Source: Diplonema japonicum
Lineage: Eukaryota; Protista; Euglenozoa: Diplonemea
Length of the DNA stretch: 64,000 bases
Assembly: GCA_964019335.1 (NCBI GenBank)
Contig: OZ025698.1
Location: 434,001 to 498,000 of the forward strand
Direction: 5' to 3'
Shown here: positions 37,802 through 49,695 of the stretch, piece by piece
Numbering within the stretch: position 1 is the stretch's first letter
Layout: every line of letters begins with the position of its first letter
Position numbers and translations under genes: made by a program
The notes under the pieces: generated by a model
What the model saw: only the letters and a program-made list of their open reading frames with translations
The model's database searches: none
Told to the model about the DNA's origin: nothing

Positions 37802-39175
37802 ATGGGAACCATCACACTACACGTCAAGGCAAACGGAGGTGGAACTGTCTCAGTGGATGCCGAGGGTGGGTGGACGGTAGGGAGGGTGAAGGAAGAAGCT
37901 TGCAAGGAGCTGGGTTTGGAGAGCAGGGTAACGGTACTGATTTTCGAAGGAGAGGATTTAACAGAGGGTGAGGTCAACGGCATAGGTGCCGGGGACGGGG
38001 ACTGCTTAGAGCTCCGTGTCGACAACGTTGAAATCGCACACTGCAACCTGGAAAAAACCACCTTGAGGAACAAATACGATCGGTTTGGAGATCTGGTATC
38101 AAAATCTAACGTTGCAGCTGAACTGTTTGCGGCAGGTGAGTACACTCTGCTGACAGACCTCTTCACAGCCTCTTCGGACTATGAAGCTGCAACCTGTGTA
38201 AAATACTTGGTAACAAGTGTGCGATCAACACTTTTCGAGTTTTTGGAAACGCTTCCCGAAGTACACAAACACCTGGACACCTTCGCCGTGTTTCGATGTG
38301 TTGTGTTAAGCTGCGATGCCCCCTCCACAGAGTACCTGGTTTCACAGTTCGGGACAGCACATTTCGCTTCTAATGGCACACTCCTTGTCGAGTACATGGA
38401 GCTACCGCGTAACAATGCATCGACCGTTAAACAGCTTATTGGTTATGGATGCGTGGCGAGTACGTACTGTTCGATGCTGTACCTCGCGAAGCATTCAGCT
38501 TTGCACATTGAGGTTCTTGAGGTTTTGCTTGAAGCTGGGATGTTGGATCTGTCCGCGGTGAACGAGGCGGGTCAAACACACTTGATGGTCGCGGCTCAAA
38601 GCATCCACTTTGCAAGCACCGTTCCCTTCCTGTTAAGGTGTATGAGCTCTGTGACCGCAGTCGATCGGAAAGGAAGGACCGCTTTACATTTGCTTCACAT
38701 GACTAATACCGCACAACCCTATGATGAGTTTTCCCCTTGTATCACCATGGTTGATAAGGCTGGATGGACGCCCTTTATGTATGCCATCAAGAGGTTCCAC
38801 GTCAGTGATCTGATCTACACTCTATCTGTGTATTTCCCCCACGATACTGGAATGTACGATCGGTGCGACAGGCAAGGTGACAGCCTCTTGTCTATCGCTG
38901 CTGCCCGTTGTGTTGATTCCCCTCTGCCCATGCTCTTGGAGCATGCCAAGGGGCACCTGGAGCCAGATGCTTTTGAGAGGGTTTTGAATCGGAGAAACTA
39001 CAAGAAGCTCTCCCCCTTACAAGTTGCTTTGAAAGGTGGTGCCATGTGCAACATTGAGGCTTTGCTTGAAGCCGGCTGCTGCACAAAGGGAGCTTTCGGC
39101 ATCCCCCATCTAAGCAAGAGAACGAAAAAATTGCTTATATTAGCAGAACGAAGGACACACCTGCTGACTGTGTAA
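37802..39175 (+). CDS. Ubiquitin-like domain plus ankyrin repeat protein
   Basis: N-terminal ITLHVK...WTVGRVKE...LIFEGEDL. Ankyrin motifs GQTHLMVAA, GRTALHL, GWTPFMYA, LSPLQVA. Confidence 0.75.
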   Translation: MGTITLHVKANGGGTVSVDAEGGWTVGRVKEEACKELGLESRVTVLIFEGEDLTEGEVNGIGAGDGDCLELRVDNVEIAHCNLEKTTLRNKYDRFGDLVSKSNVAAELFAAGEYTLLTDLFTASSDYEAATCVKYLVTSVRSTLFEFLETLPEVHKHLDTFAVFRCVVLSCDAPSTEYLVSQFGTAHFASNGTLLVEYMELPRNNASTVKQLIGYGCVASTYCSMLYLAKHSALHIEVLEVLLEAGMLDLSAVNEAGQTHLMVAAQSIHFASTVPFLLRCMSSVTAVDRKGRTALHLLHMTNTAQPYDEFSPCITMVDKAGWTPFMYAIKRFHVSDLIYTLSVYFPHDTGMYDRCDRQGDSLLSIAAARCVDSPLPMLLEHAKGHLEPDAFERVLNRRNYKKLSPLQVALKGGAMCNIEALLEAGCCTKGAFGIPHLSKRTKKLLILAERRTHLLTV

Positions 39176-39322
39176 GCCCTCTAACACAATCTGCCGAAAA
39201 GTCAGCGGGGAAAAAAAAAAACTTTTATTATTTTCTTTTTCTTGGGTTTTGCAAACTCACCATTCTCCAAGGAGGCAGGGGGGGAAGAGGGAAGGAGGTG
39301 GAAGGAAAAAAAGGGAGTAACA

Positions 39323-39961
39323 ATGGTGCTCATTACTCTTTACGGTGACCCAGAAATCATGGGGCGGATAAAGACAGACAGCCGACGGGGGCAGACTGTG
39401 ATGTTTGATCCAAGCCGACCGTTAGACCAGCCGGGGGCAGCTGGAGTTATGAAGAAGCTGCTAAAGTGGGAAGAGATGGCAGGAGGGCTTGAGGGGCTGG
39501 CAGATATGTGGGTTTGGTATGAAGAGGATAATGGGGAAGACACCTTCACAGCAACGCACAACAAGGAGAGGCGCAAAAGCTACACAAAGCCAACCCAAAA
39601 GGGCCGGTCAGCCAACTACGTGGACAGGCGTATGTGAATGGGGGGAACTACTGATTTTTTTTTTTTCTCTTCCAGGTTGTACCTTGCCAGGCCTGAAAAG
39701 CCGCGACCACCCCCCCCTCCTGTTGTTGAGAAGCCGAAGGTACCTTCTAGTAAAAAAGCCAAGCCGCCAGCACCTGCACCCTCTGCGCCTGTGCAACAGC
39801 CGCCACCTGCTGTTCATGTCCCTGCTCCAGCTCCAGCTCCAGCTCGGGTCATAAAAACTGCACCTCCTTTAGTGGTGGCGTGCCCTGTGCCTGTTGTGGA
39901 CTGGGACAACTTCGTCAACTACTGGGAGTCTCAAGCGGATGAAGAAATGAAGACTTTGTGA
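39323..39961 (+). CDS. Small hypothetical protein with Pro-rich second exon (splice sites uncertain)
   Basis: Two coding-like segments (39323-~39628 and ~39676-39961) separated by a T-rich intron-like stretch. Confidence 0.4.
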
Positions 39962-39989
39962 AAATGTGTAAGAAAAAAGAAAAAAAAAA

Positions 39990-40061
39990 GGAAGAAGAAG
40001 AAGAAGAAGAAGAAGAAGAAGAAGAAGAAGAAAGCGAGAGAGAGAGAGAGAGAGAGAGAGA
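39990..40061. repeat. (GAA)n then (GA)n microsatellite
   Basis: Direct reading. Confidence 0.9.
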
Positions 40062-40101
40062 AACAGCTTGCCCTCTTTTTTTTTTTTTTTTTTTTTTTTT
40101 T

Positions 40102-41418
40102 CGGCTGGGGATTGCCCACAAAGGTCACACCCTAGACCCGTACTCTACGGTGGTCTACAAGGCCATTTCAACCCTAGGGCGTCTATGCACACGCCAGACG
40201 AACAAATCCCTCTTCGTTTCATGCTGGGAGACTTACAGGTACACGAAGGAACGGAACGGAACACCGTCGTTACCGAAAGGACCATTTGGCAATGCAGAGG
40301 TTCGGCTTCGAGACATTGGGACCAGATGGAAGGACCTTCAGATGCTACCGCAAGGCATACAACACCTGAAGCATGAGATCAGAACGCTGTTGAAGGACAG
40401 CTACGTGGCGGGCTCGCCGAAGAGCGAGAGACTTTTGGAGGGATCGAGACGGGCATTGACGAACCTCCTACACAACGAGATGGCGGTCGCCAACTCGCAG
40501 AAAGCGAGGAAGTTACTTTGTGCAATCACTGGCGCCATACTGCCCCTTCATCCCAGAGCCTACGGCGATTGTCAGGCACACGTGCGAAATGCCTTGGGTG
40601 TGACGCACTCTACGACGTTAGGAATGGAACCAGCAGCCTCTATAGGACAGCCAACGCCGACCGCAAGTGGCTGGTGCAAGAACACAGGAGCTGGCCGATC
40701 TGCACCCAGATACACGGAATCATTACAACGGACTCGGACATCAGCCTGCCAAGAGTCAAGGAACTCCACCTGATGCTTGCAGATATTGCAGGAAAACTCG
40801 AATGTCTGCACGCCGACAAGCAGGTCAGGTACGCAACCAGCATTTCTGGAACAGACCTTTCCAGCCAGGGAACACCCCGAAACCTCACTTGGTACAATCC
40901 CTTTATCCTCAAATGGCTGAAAGCCCTCAAGTGGGGCAAGGACGGTGGGCAGGTGTCCAAGGCGGAACTTGCAGTCGACCTAATCGCAACAGAAAGTACC
41001 CACATGGATGGTGAAGACCTAGCGAGCTGGGCAAGAAAAATCGGCGGAATCCTAAGAGTTTTGGACAGGATTCACCTAAAAGGCACGGGGAGTCACCTGA
41101 TTCCAGCAGAACCTAAGAAATCAGTACACTCTTTGCGTACCCTAGGGCTCCACAGCCATCTCATCACTGGGTACTCCACTCGACCGGTCTTCGCATCCCC
41201 GAAGGTCACCCACCCTATCCTAGAGGAACAGTTACGAACTCATTGCATCCTCAACAACTCGCTAGTTGGTTTCACGCCCAAGCTGCTGAAAAGATACCAC
41301 GACAGGCCTAAGGCACTACCACGACAGGCCTAAAGCACTACCACGACAGAAGGGATCAAACACTAGATGAGTTGATTGTCGTTAGGCGATCCTGTCACAT
41401 ACTGCAGGTTCCCTCAAA
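40102..41418 (+). pseudogene. Frameshifted coding relic, probably the C-terminal part of a retroelement ORF
   Basis: Homopolymer-free island between T runs, with no credible start and two overlapping frames (to 40773; 40518-41333). A 22-nt tandem duplication spans the stop at 41295-41349. No catalytic motif recognised. Confidence 0.35.
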
Positions 41419-41422
41419 GACA

Positions 41423-41472
<50 letters not shown>

Positions 41473-41908
41473 GAACAGTGAGCCCCGTGCACTGGAACTT
41501 TATCGATTTTTTTCCTCCCCTACCCCCCCCCCCCCCCCCCCCCCCCTTGTCGATACTTTTTTTTCTCTATTTTTCCCCTTTGTACCTCCCCCTTCCCATT
41601 TTTTTTTGTTCTATTATCAGCTTGTTACCCTTCGGCATCTTGGATTTTAATCAGTTTTCAGTTGCCGTAAAACAAAAAAAAGCTCCGAAACCGCCGAATC
41701 TTTTTAGAATTTTTTTCCCTGTCTAGACACCTCCGGGTGGGGCTGTTGTTGGAGGAAAACGGGAAACGGGTTTCCGTTTTCCTTATTCTTTTAGAAATTT
41801 AGGGAAGCGCGTTTTCCATTGTATGAAAACCCCCAAGAAAAAAAAGAAAAAAAAAAGATTATAACCTGGGGCTAATATAAACCACCAGGAGGAGGGGTTG
41901 GAGGGAAG

Positions 41909-41939
<31 letters not shown>

Positions 41940-41944
41940 AGAAA

Positions 41945-43667
41945 ATGCCTCCTAAAAAAAAGGAGGAGCCTGTTGAGGAAGCCCCAAAGGTCCCGAAGTA
42001 CCTAGACAGGGTGAGGGAGAACGTCTTGAGAGGGGAAGGTGGGGAGGAGTTGTGCGCAGAGATCATGCAGGACGTGGTGAAGATGGCGGAGGAGCAAGTG
42101 TTACTGAATTATTTCGACAGGACGGCCATCCCGTACACCGTGCAGTGCGTGTGCAAGGAGCTCCTCGACTTGGTCCAGTTCGTATTTGTTGCAAGAGACG
42201 CAGGCGACATGGGCAAGGAGGCAGTGGCATCATGGGCACCAGACACTGAGCCCTCCCCGTGCCCCACGGACACGTGGGCTAGAGGTGCCGTACCAGTTAG
42301 ACGAAAGACTGAAGCGGCCGAGTACGACCTTCGAGCCACCTCCACTCCCAACCGCAAGCGTGACGAGAAGGACCGACTGAAATACCAATCCTCCCTCAAG
42401 GAGTCCAACGTCTTATCACAGACCATCACCACCTCGGACACCTCCCGTGCCCGTGCCACCCCGTCCAAAGCTCTTAAAAACAAAGAACACAACTCGTCGA
42501 AAACCGCAGCCCCCGAAGCAAGGGAGACCAAAGATGATGACTCGCTCACAGCACAGAAACAAGAAGCCCGGCGTAGGGCAGAGATGCGTGACGCGGCTGA
42601 GAAACAGAATCAGGTGTGCGCGCGTTTTTTTTTGTGTTTTTTTTTTTCTTTTTCTTTTTATTATATTATTCCCATTCGCTCGCAGACCCTTCGGGAGCTT
42701 AAGTCAGGAAAGGAGTACATAATCGACTCGATCAACGGTAAGGTGATTCCGGTGAAGAACGTGGACCCAAAGGTATTTTTTTTCCCCCCCCCATGTTCTC
42801 TTCTTAACCAACCAACAGCGGTTGCCGTCGAAACGCCTGGACATGAAGTACGAGATCGAATCAGAAGGAGACAGGAAGCAGGACGAAAGGGAGCAGCGGA
42901 AGATGTCGGTGGCTGCGGTGAAACCTGCACCGAAGAAAAAACCCGGGAAAAGAGAGGAAAAGACAAAGTGGGGCGAACACGTGCAGCCGGAGGACACACA
43001 CGGCCCCATGGTGGTAGGTGCACTGCCTGTGGGAGGTGTCACTCTACGGGAGGGTGACAACAGCCAGAGAAACGATATTAAGAACCCGAAAGGGAAGGTT
43101 AGCAAGACCGAGTATCGGAAGATGCTGGACGCCATGGGGGTGTCCCGTGGCACCGTCGACATGGAACAGAGCGAGCAAAATTCGAAGCAAGTGAATGCTG
43201 TCCCAGTGCCCAACCCAGCTACACCGCATGAGGACGCAAAACAGCAAGACAGGCTGGCTGCAGGAACGGCATTTGCTGCAGTTATCCAACAGCAGCCTGG
43301 ACAACCCACACGCACGGCCCCTGTCATGTCATCACCGTCACGACCAGAGCCACCCATTCAGCAGCGTAAGCCGCAAACATACAAACCTCAACAGATCGCC
43401 CCCATACCCAGTAATAGGCATACCTCGAACAAAGGTGATCTCTTACACCCTAAAGGACGTGATAGGAAGATTGTCTTCTCCCCCAGACAGCATGAGCGGC
43501 CTGCACCTCTCCCGCCTCCACTTTACCCAGCAACTCAAGGACATGGGAAGACAACTGGCGAACTGGGACGGACCAACCCTTTCTCCGATCACAGCAGCAA
43601 CCCTCAATCTCAGGCGGGCTCCCCTTCTGCTGGGATTAAGATCGCTGCTGACATGGAAGGTTTGTGA
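41945..43667 (+). CDS. Hypothetical protein with C2orf81/DUF4639-like motif (introns 42614-42685, 42773-42818)
   Basis: IPYTV...WAPDTEPSPCPTDTWARGAVPV. GT-AG introns join ORFs 41945 and 42822 in frame. Confidence 0.6.
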
Positions 43668-43898
43668 ATAAAGGGGGAACAAAACAAAAAAACAAAAACA
43701 AAAAAAAAAGGAAACGAGCTTACTGAGGATCTTCTGCATTCCATTTACGAGGACACGCGGGAGTACAACGCTTGAGGGAGGGAGTTTTCGTTCTTTTTTT
43801 TTTTTTTTCTAAAAAAAAAAAAAAAAAAAAAAGAAGATGTTAATAAATAAAAGAAAAAGAAGAAAGAGAAGAAAAAAAAAAAAAAAAAAAAAAAAACC

Positions 43899-45158
43899 AT
43901 GAATGGAGTTCATTAGTTTAAATTTTATTCTTGATTCTTTTCATTGTTGTGGAACAGCGTGCTTCTCGGCTAGGTATTGACGTCCGTGTAGACTATGAGC
44001 CGACAGTCCCTGGCAGGAAGGATGCGGCGCATCTTGAGGTCCTGTCGCGCAAAATCTCCGAAATCTCCGACTTCATCAAGCCAATACTGCATTTTCCAAG
44101 CAAGTCCATGGTGAAAACCTGGTTTTTTTTTTTAGTGACTGTCCAATGTGGATTTTATTCTAAAAGGCCTCTAAAACGCATCTTTACAGGAGGTGGTTTG
44201 GCAGGGAATCGTAAAAAGGGAGAGAGGGGGGGTGGTCCCTCTCCCTGAAGGCATTCCCATGGGCGAGGCTTTGCTCCCGAACATATGGCAACCTGACGAG
44301 GTTTTTAATTACTGTGGGAAGTGCAAAGCGCAGTTTGGAGTGGTGTGCAGAAAGCATCACTGCAGGCATTGCGGGAATGTCTTCTGTGGGCGGTGCTCCG
44401 CGTTCACCCGCCAGATGGAGACGGAAGAAAGGGTCTGCTGGATATGCCACGAACTGACCAGAAAATGGAATGGAAAGCTCGCAGCCCGACCCCTCCCACC
44501 CAGGATGTTCATGGAGGTCCTAAGATACGTCCCACCATCTGAATACGGGAGACTTTCCAAGGTTTCGAGTGGATGGCACGGTGTCTTGACACATCCAGTT
44601 GTGTGGAAACGTGTCGCGGTAATGTTTCTACCCCGGTTGGGAGTGCATGTTGAATCGTACCCACAATGCCTTTCCGAACTGGAAAACTACACAGGTGGAG
44701 GTGGCCGGCTGGCTGCCAACCCGAAAACTGAACCTGGGAAACAAATATCCACACCTGCAAAGGAGACGGTACCCATCTCACCATTGGCTTCAACTAGTGA
44801 AAGGTTGCATGCGACTTTAATGCAGACCACAGACCACAATGGGCTGTGCTGTCTCGAGCTTCCTCATTATCTGAACACAGCTGCGAACACCATTGTGCGG
44901 CGTGACTGGTCTGTTGCATTATCGAGGCGCCTCGAGGCCCCACAGGATGCGGGCAACCATTACATCCTCACCATTCACATCCTCTTGGAAGATGTACGAA
45001 ACTGGAGGTTTTTCGTGATGCAAAAGATGCTGGAGCTCGGCTACAGGGACTTCGAGTACCCGGTGAACTCTACACTGTTCAAGCACTGCGACGTCGTGCA
45101 GGCTGTGATGGGGTCGCTGGAGAGGCGGTTGGGGAGGCTGCCCATGGTTGGGCAGTGA
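43899..45158 (+). CDS. FYVE zinc finger plus F-box-like protein (5' exons inferred)
   Basis: WQPD...CGKC...RKHHCRHCGNVFCGRC...RVCWIC, then LPPRMFMEVLRYVP...LSKVSSGW. Upstream exon ~43958-44110 splices in frame. The start is tentative. Confidence 0.7.
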
Positions 45159-45377
45159 TTTCTTTCTTTTTTTTTCTCTTTTTTTTTGTCCCCCCTCCCC
45201 CCGCTCCCATCAGTGACATTGCTCTTTGAATTTTATGCAACCATTTATTTTATTATTCGATGCGAACACCGGGTGAGAGGGGAGAAAAAAAAAAAAAGAA
45301 AAAAAAAAAGAGGGTGGAACCGGTGGGCGAGAGGAGGGGGTGGGAGAGAAAAAGAAAAAAAAAAAAAAAAAAAAGGA

Positions 45378-46571
45378 ATGCCGCCTCAAAAAAGGGAGAC
45401 GCTCATCACGACGATGTCGGAGCTCTGCCCGATCCTGGCCGCTTCTGTGCACAGCCCGGAGCTGCTTGGAGAGTTCTGTGGCGGCCTCAACAATGCGATA
45501 CGGCTGCCACTAGAGAACCTGTCAAAGGGTCTGATAACAGAACTCAACCTGCAACACTCCGAGGAGGAGGAAGACATGGTCGATCGGCACGAAATCCGGT
45601 ATTTCCGGGAAGCGATCATGGGTGCTCCATCTACAGCACTGGGGGTCAACAATGGGCTCATAGATGGGTACAGATACCTGCTGGAGTCATTCTTCGATAC
45701 ATATCCGTCAATAGAACGATTGTTGCTGGACATGATACCCCCGTCGGGAAACTGCACAGAATGCCTCAAGGAGGCAAACAGGCAGTGGTGCAACCGGTAC
45801 CCAGTGGATCCAGATTTCGCACCTCACCCTTGTGAGAAGCAGACCGTCCCTGTGGTGGATGCAGAGGACCGTGTCAAACTGATTTTAACACTCAATTTAA
45901 AACTTCACTATCCTGAAGAGGAGACGTGGCAACCCCTCCTTGCGTGTCGCGACCAAATAGTTTGCCAAGTCGAGCAACTATTGCGGGAAGATGCCGTATC
46001 TCTAGACAAGCTCCCCGCAGATCTGAAGAGCGTTCTCTTTTGCTTAAGAGTATGAAGGAAAGAAAAAAAAAAAGAAAAAAGAAAACCAAACCATCAGTCA
46101 TCAATTTGTTCTCTGCGGCCTTATATTTCGCCTTACGATATATGGGATACGCTTATAGGGAGGCTGTGCAACAGCATCGAGAAAGTGGAGGTTTTTTTGG
46201 AAGGGGTTGAGCAAGGTATGATGATTTTTTTTTTTTTGAATAATATTTCAACCATCAGAGAGAAAAAGACGGCAGAGCAGTGGAAACGTCCTGTCCAGGG
46301 TGTTCGGGCAGTTGATGCGAAGCAGGCCTAAAAAACCGGCACGAAATGATTCTTTTGAAAAGGTATAGGGGAGTGAGGAGTTCAGTGTTTATTTATTTTT
46401 TTCCCTTAGGTTTCGCAGGCCCAACAACTGCAAGCAGAGAAGCTAAAACAGACATTTTTAGTACTGGTGGCGCAAGTAGAGGAACACGAGCCGAGGCCTG
46501 ACGAGGAGGCCTATGATACCAACCAAAACCAAGAAGAGCTCCGGGCCAAAGAGGACGAGGAAAGTCCCTGA
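45378..46571 (+). CDS. Hypothetical protein (introns 46050-46097, 46216-46258, 46363-46409)
   Basis: Three GT-AG introns keep one open frame through to TGA at 46569-71. Confidence 0.65.
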
Positions 46572-46760
46572 CAGTCCGGATGTGTAGAAAGGGTTCCCTC
46601 CCCTCCCCCCCTTCTTTTCTTCCCACCCTTCCCTCTTTCTCCCCTGAACAAAGAAAAAGAAGGGGGAGGGGAGGGGTGGGCTTTACACAAAACGTTGCAT
46701 ATGCACGAATGCTCTCTGCACCACCACCCCCACCCCCTCCTCCCCCCCCCTTTTTTTTAA

Positions 46761-48568
46761 CCATCTACCAACGGACCATTTTTGCCCACCAGGGGGTAAA
46801 TTTTCAAAACTTCAAAAAAAGCTATTCCAGCGCAACGCCGGGGCTATATGCCCCCGGAAATGCCTCCAGATGTCCCAATTCTAGAGAGAGGGTGCCCACA
46901 GCAGGGTCCACCCCCACAACATTGTCAAAAATATCGTTCCTGAAGTGCCCGAGAGGGGATACAAAAAACAAGTCAAAAAAAATCGACTGTAAAATTCTAT
47001 AAAAAGCTATTTAAGGCCTTCTTGACGCGGTTCGTATGTGCCCCAGGGCGTGGGGGACTTCTTTTTTGACCCCGGGAGGGGTTTCTGGGGGGTATCCCCG
47101 GCAAGGTGGTAGTCTTTGAAGCACGGAGTCACGCAAAGTTGTACCAAGCAGGCTGAACACTGAAATAGGGGTCTTTTCGACTTGCAATGCTTGCACCGCA
47201 CGTTGCACTACTTTTTCGGGGAAATGGTCCCAGAAGGTACTGTCACGGCGCATTGGGGTCTCAGAGCACTCGTTCTGTATTTCGGGGCATGGTATTGGGG
47301 CAGCCTGCTCTGTAGTTGACTTTATCTGTTGTTTAGACTGCCTCCCTAGTAGCCCTTCGATGACTGCCTCTTTGAAAGGCGTAAATCCACTGTCGTTCGT
47401 ACTCAGGGCGTTGGGGGGCAAGGCTTCTTTCCAAACAAGCCAAGCATTCGCCAGAGATTTACCTAACAAGTACAAAAATACTTTTAGGGGCCACTTTTAA
47501 GTCATAAGGGTGCGTTTATGGCGTTTTGTCACAGCATCACCCAGCGTCGGTTCCGCCCATTGCGGTGTTGTAAATATGCACTTGGTGGGGGGCGGGATGT
47601 CCTTTCCGGCTTTCATTCTCTTTTGGCGGACACGTCAAATTTGACTTCACCGGAACATCCAACGTCGATAGAAAGCACGCTGGCATGATGTCATGCCACG
47701 TTGTGGTGCAAAGGATGCTCGCGTGCTGGTGGAACTGGGTGTCCCCACGGGATGCGCGTCCTTGGCATGCGGCCTCGCTTCTTTGGGGCATCCATGATCT
47801 CCGGGAGGCCTTTGCGATAAGTAGAAGTCAGCACGCTTGTTTGTTTCGCTGTGGAAACACAGATTTCCCAGAATAGTCAAAAAGCGGTCTCTTGACATGA
47901 CGGTGGCGTACCCAGGGGTGTAGTTGAGAGACGTGGAGCCAGTGTGCCAGTAATCAGAATAATCTGGCTTGATATCCAAGTCCATCGACAAAAGGACACC
48001 TAGGAAGGTATGCAGAGAAGCAGCATCGAGATCCAGGGAGACACCTTTTTTAGCCGCATTTGCCACATTGTTCCAAGTTATGACCCGAATAACGTTTGGG
48101 ACGAGCATTTGGAGAATATATGGTATGGCATTGAGCCTTTGATGTCAAAACAGGGTCCACAAGGATTTCGATCTTCACGAAACCGGATGCCTTCCAACTG
48201 CTCCGGCTTTGCCGTCCAATCACCCTGCTGTGACTAGGAATCGGTCGAATTCGTATCAGAATCACTGTTTGTATCAAAATTGCATAATAGAGATGAGCCA
48301 TCGTGCTGCCATCACTCATAACGTCCTCTTCCGGCCCTCTTTCCGGGCGCCTTTTTTTGAAGTGATTTTTAAGGGTAAATTTGGGCTGGCGTTTTTTTTC
48401 ATTTTTTCATTTTCTTGTTAAGTTAGGGCAGCATTTAGTTTATTTTTTTCATATTTTCCGCGCAGGACCCCGCCGGCAAGAAAGGGCCGGGCCGTATTGC
48501 ATTGAAAGCCCTTTGCGTAAAAGATTTTTTTTCAAATCGTCTATATATAGACGCTCGTTGATAGATGG
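46761..48568 (-). mobile_element. Decayed piggyBac DNA transposon
   Basis: TTAA at 46757-60 and 48569-72; TIRs CCATCTA(C/T)CAACG; subterminal palindrome CGTCTATATATAGACG at 48538-53. Frameshifted transposase pieces: DYWHT...MSRDRFLTI, YNTAMGGTD, LANAW, and C-terminal CKHC...CSAC...LC...CFKDYH. Confidence 0.9.
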
Positions 48569-48691
48569 TTAAATACAATTCTCAGTGGAGAAAAGAAACG
48601 AGAGCGAGAAGAAACTAAAGAGGAGAGAATGATAAAAAAAAAAAAAAAAAAAAGAAGAAGAAAGAAAAAAGAGAGAGAGAAATGGTTTAAG

Positions 48692-48724
<33 letters not shown>

Positions 48725-49167
48725 CACGCGGAAGAAGAAAGAAAAAAGAGAGAGAACAACAAATAGGACTCCCTGCGTACTTGTTAGTAGTCTTTTCCAT
48801 CCCCCTTCTCCCACCCCCACTTTTCTTTTCTTTCTCTCTTTTTTCTTTTTTTTTGAATGCCCTCTTGTACAGGAGTGCCTGCTGAAGGGTTGCTCCTTAT
48901 CAAGACTGACAAGTCGGATATCTCAGCCTATTGTTCTCCAAAGTACCTTCACAGGGTGATTAGGTCTACATGAATTGTCCATACACTCTTTTTGGCAGCT
49001 GTCAGCGGGATTTGCCCTGAAATATCGTAATTCTTTCCAAAAGGGGGCAGAACAGGGCGACCAAGAGCTTCACGATTTTTCCTTTTTTTTTTTTTTTTTT
49101 TTTTTTTTTCCCACCCCTCTCGCAAGAAAAAAAAAAAAAAAAAGAAACCCCTCATCGACAGCGATTG

Positions 49168-49593
49168 ATGACATCATGGTGGGCGCATGAAGGATCGTTC
49201 ACCGAAGCCCTCAGGGAGGTGCGGCAAGGGTTCGATGAGATCTTACTGGATAATGAATCTGAGGAGGCCGCACATGAGGCAGAGGTCGTGGTGGCAGGTG
49301 GGTGCACAAAAAAAGATAGTGACAAAGACCACGGGGCAAACATACAGCGGCTTGACGCTGGCTTGCAAAGACTGGTAGAGGCTGAAAGCAACCTCTATAA
49401 AACATCGACAGACGAATCTACGGAAAAGGAAAACCTAGTTGCCACGAAAATCGTGAAGGCGGCCCAGCTCCTCGCGCGGCATCACACCCAAGGCGTGTGT
49501 CTCTGCCGTGCGGAGGTAACCTACGAGCTGTCCCTGTACTACAGTGTGTGGACCACCCACCCTTTTGCAGAGACGCCAAAGAAAACCCCCTAA
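49168..49593 (+). CDS. Short hypothetical protein
   Basis: About 140-codon ORF with coding-like composition. Confidence 0.35.
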   Translation: MTSWWAHEGSFTEALREVRQGFDEILLDNESEEAAHEAEVVVAGGCTKKDSDKDHGANIQRLDAGLQRLVEAESNLYKTSTDESTEKENLVATKIVKAAQLLARHHTQGVCLCRAEVTYELSLYYSVWTTHPFAETPKKTP

Positions 49594-49695
49594 CCGAGTA
49601 TTCCCCCCCTCCCCCCCCTCCTCTCATTTTCTTCTAAACTTCCACCAGGGTCTTTTCTTTTTTTTTTTCTTTTTTTTTTCTTCTTTTTCTCTTCA

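Noticed and set aside
39958-40101. Poly-K/E/F N-termini of many track ORFs
   Set aside because: They are translations of microsatellites and homopolymer spacers.
41295-41349. Short repeats as a CRISPR-like array
   Set aside because: They are adjacent tandem duplications without spacers, in a eukaryotic context with no cas genes.
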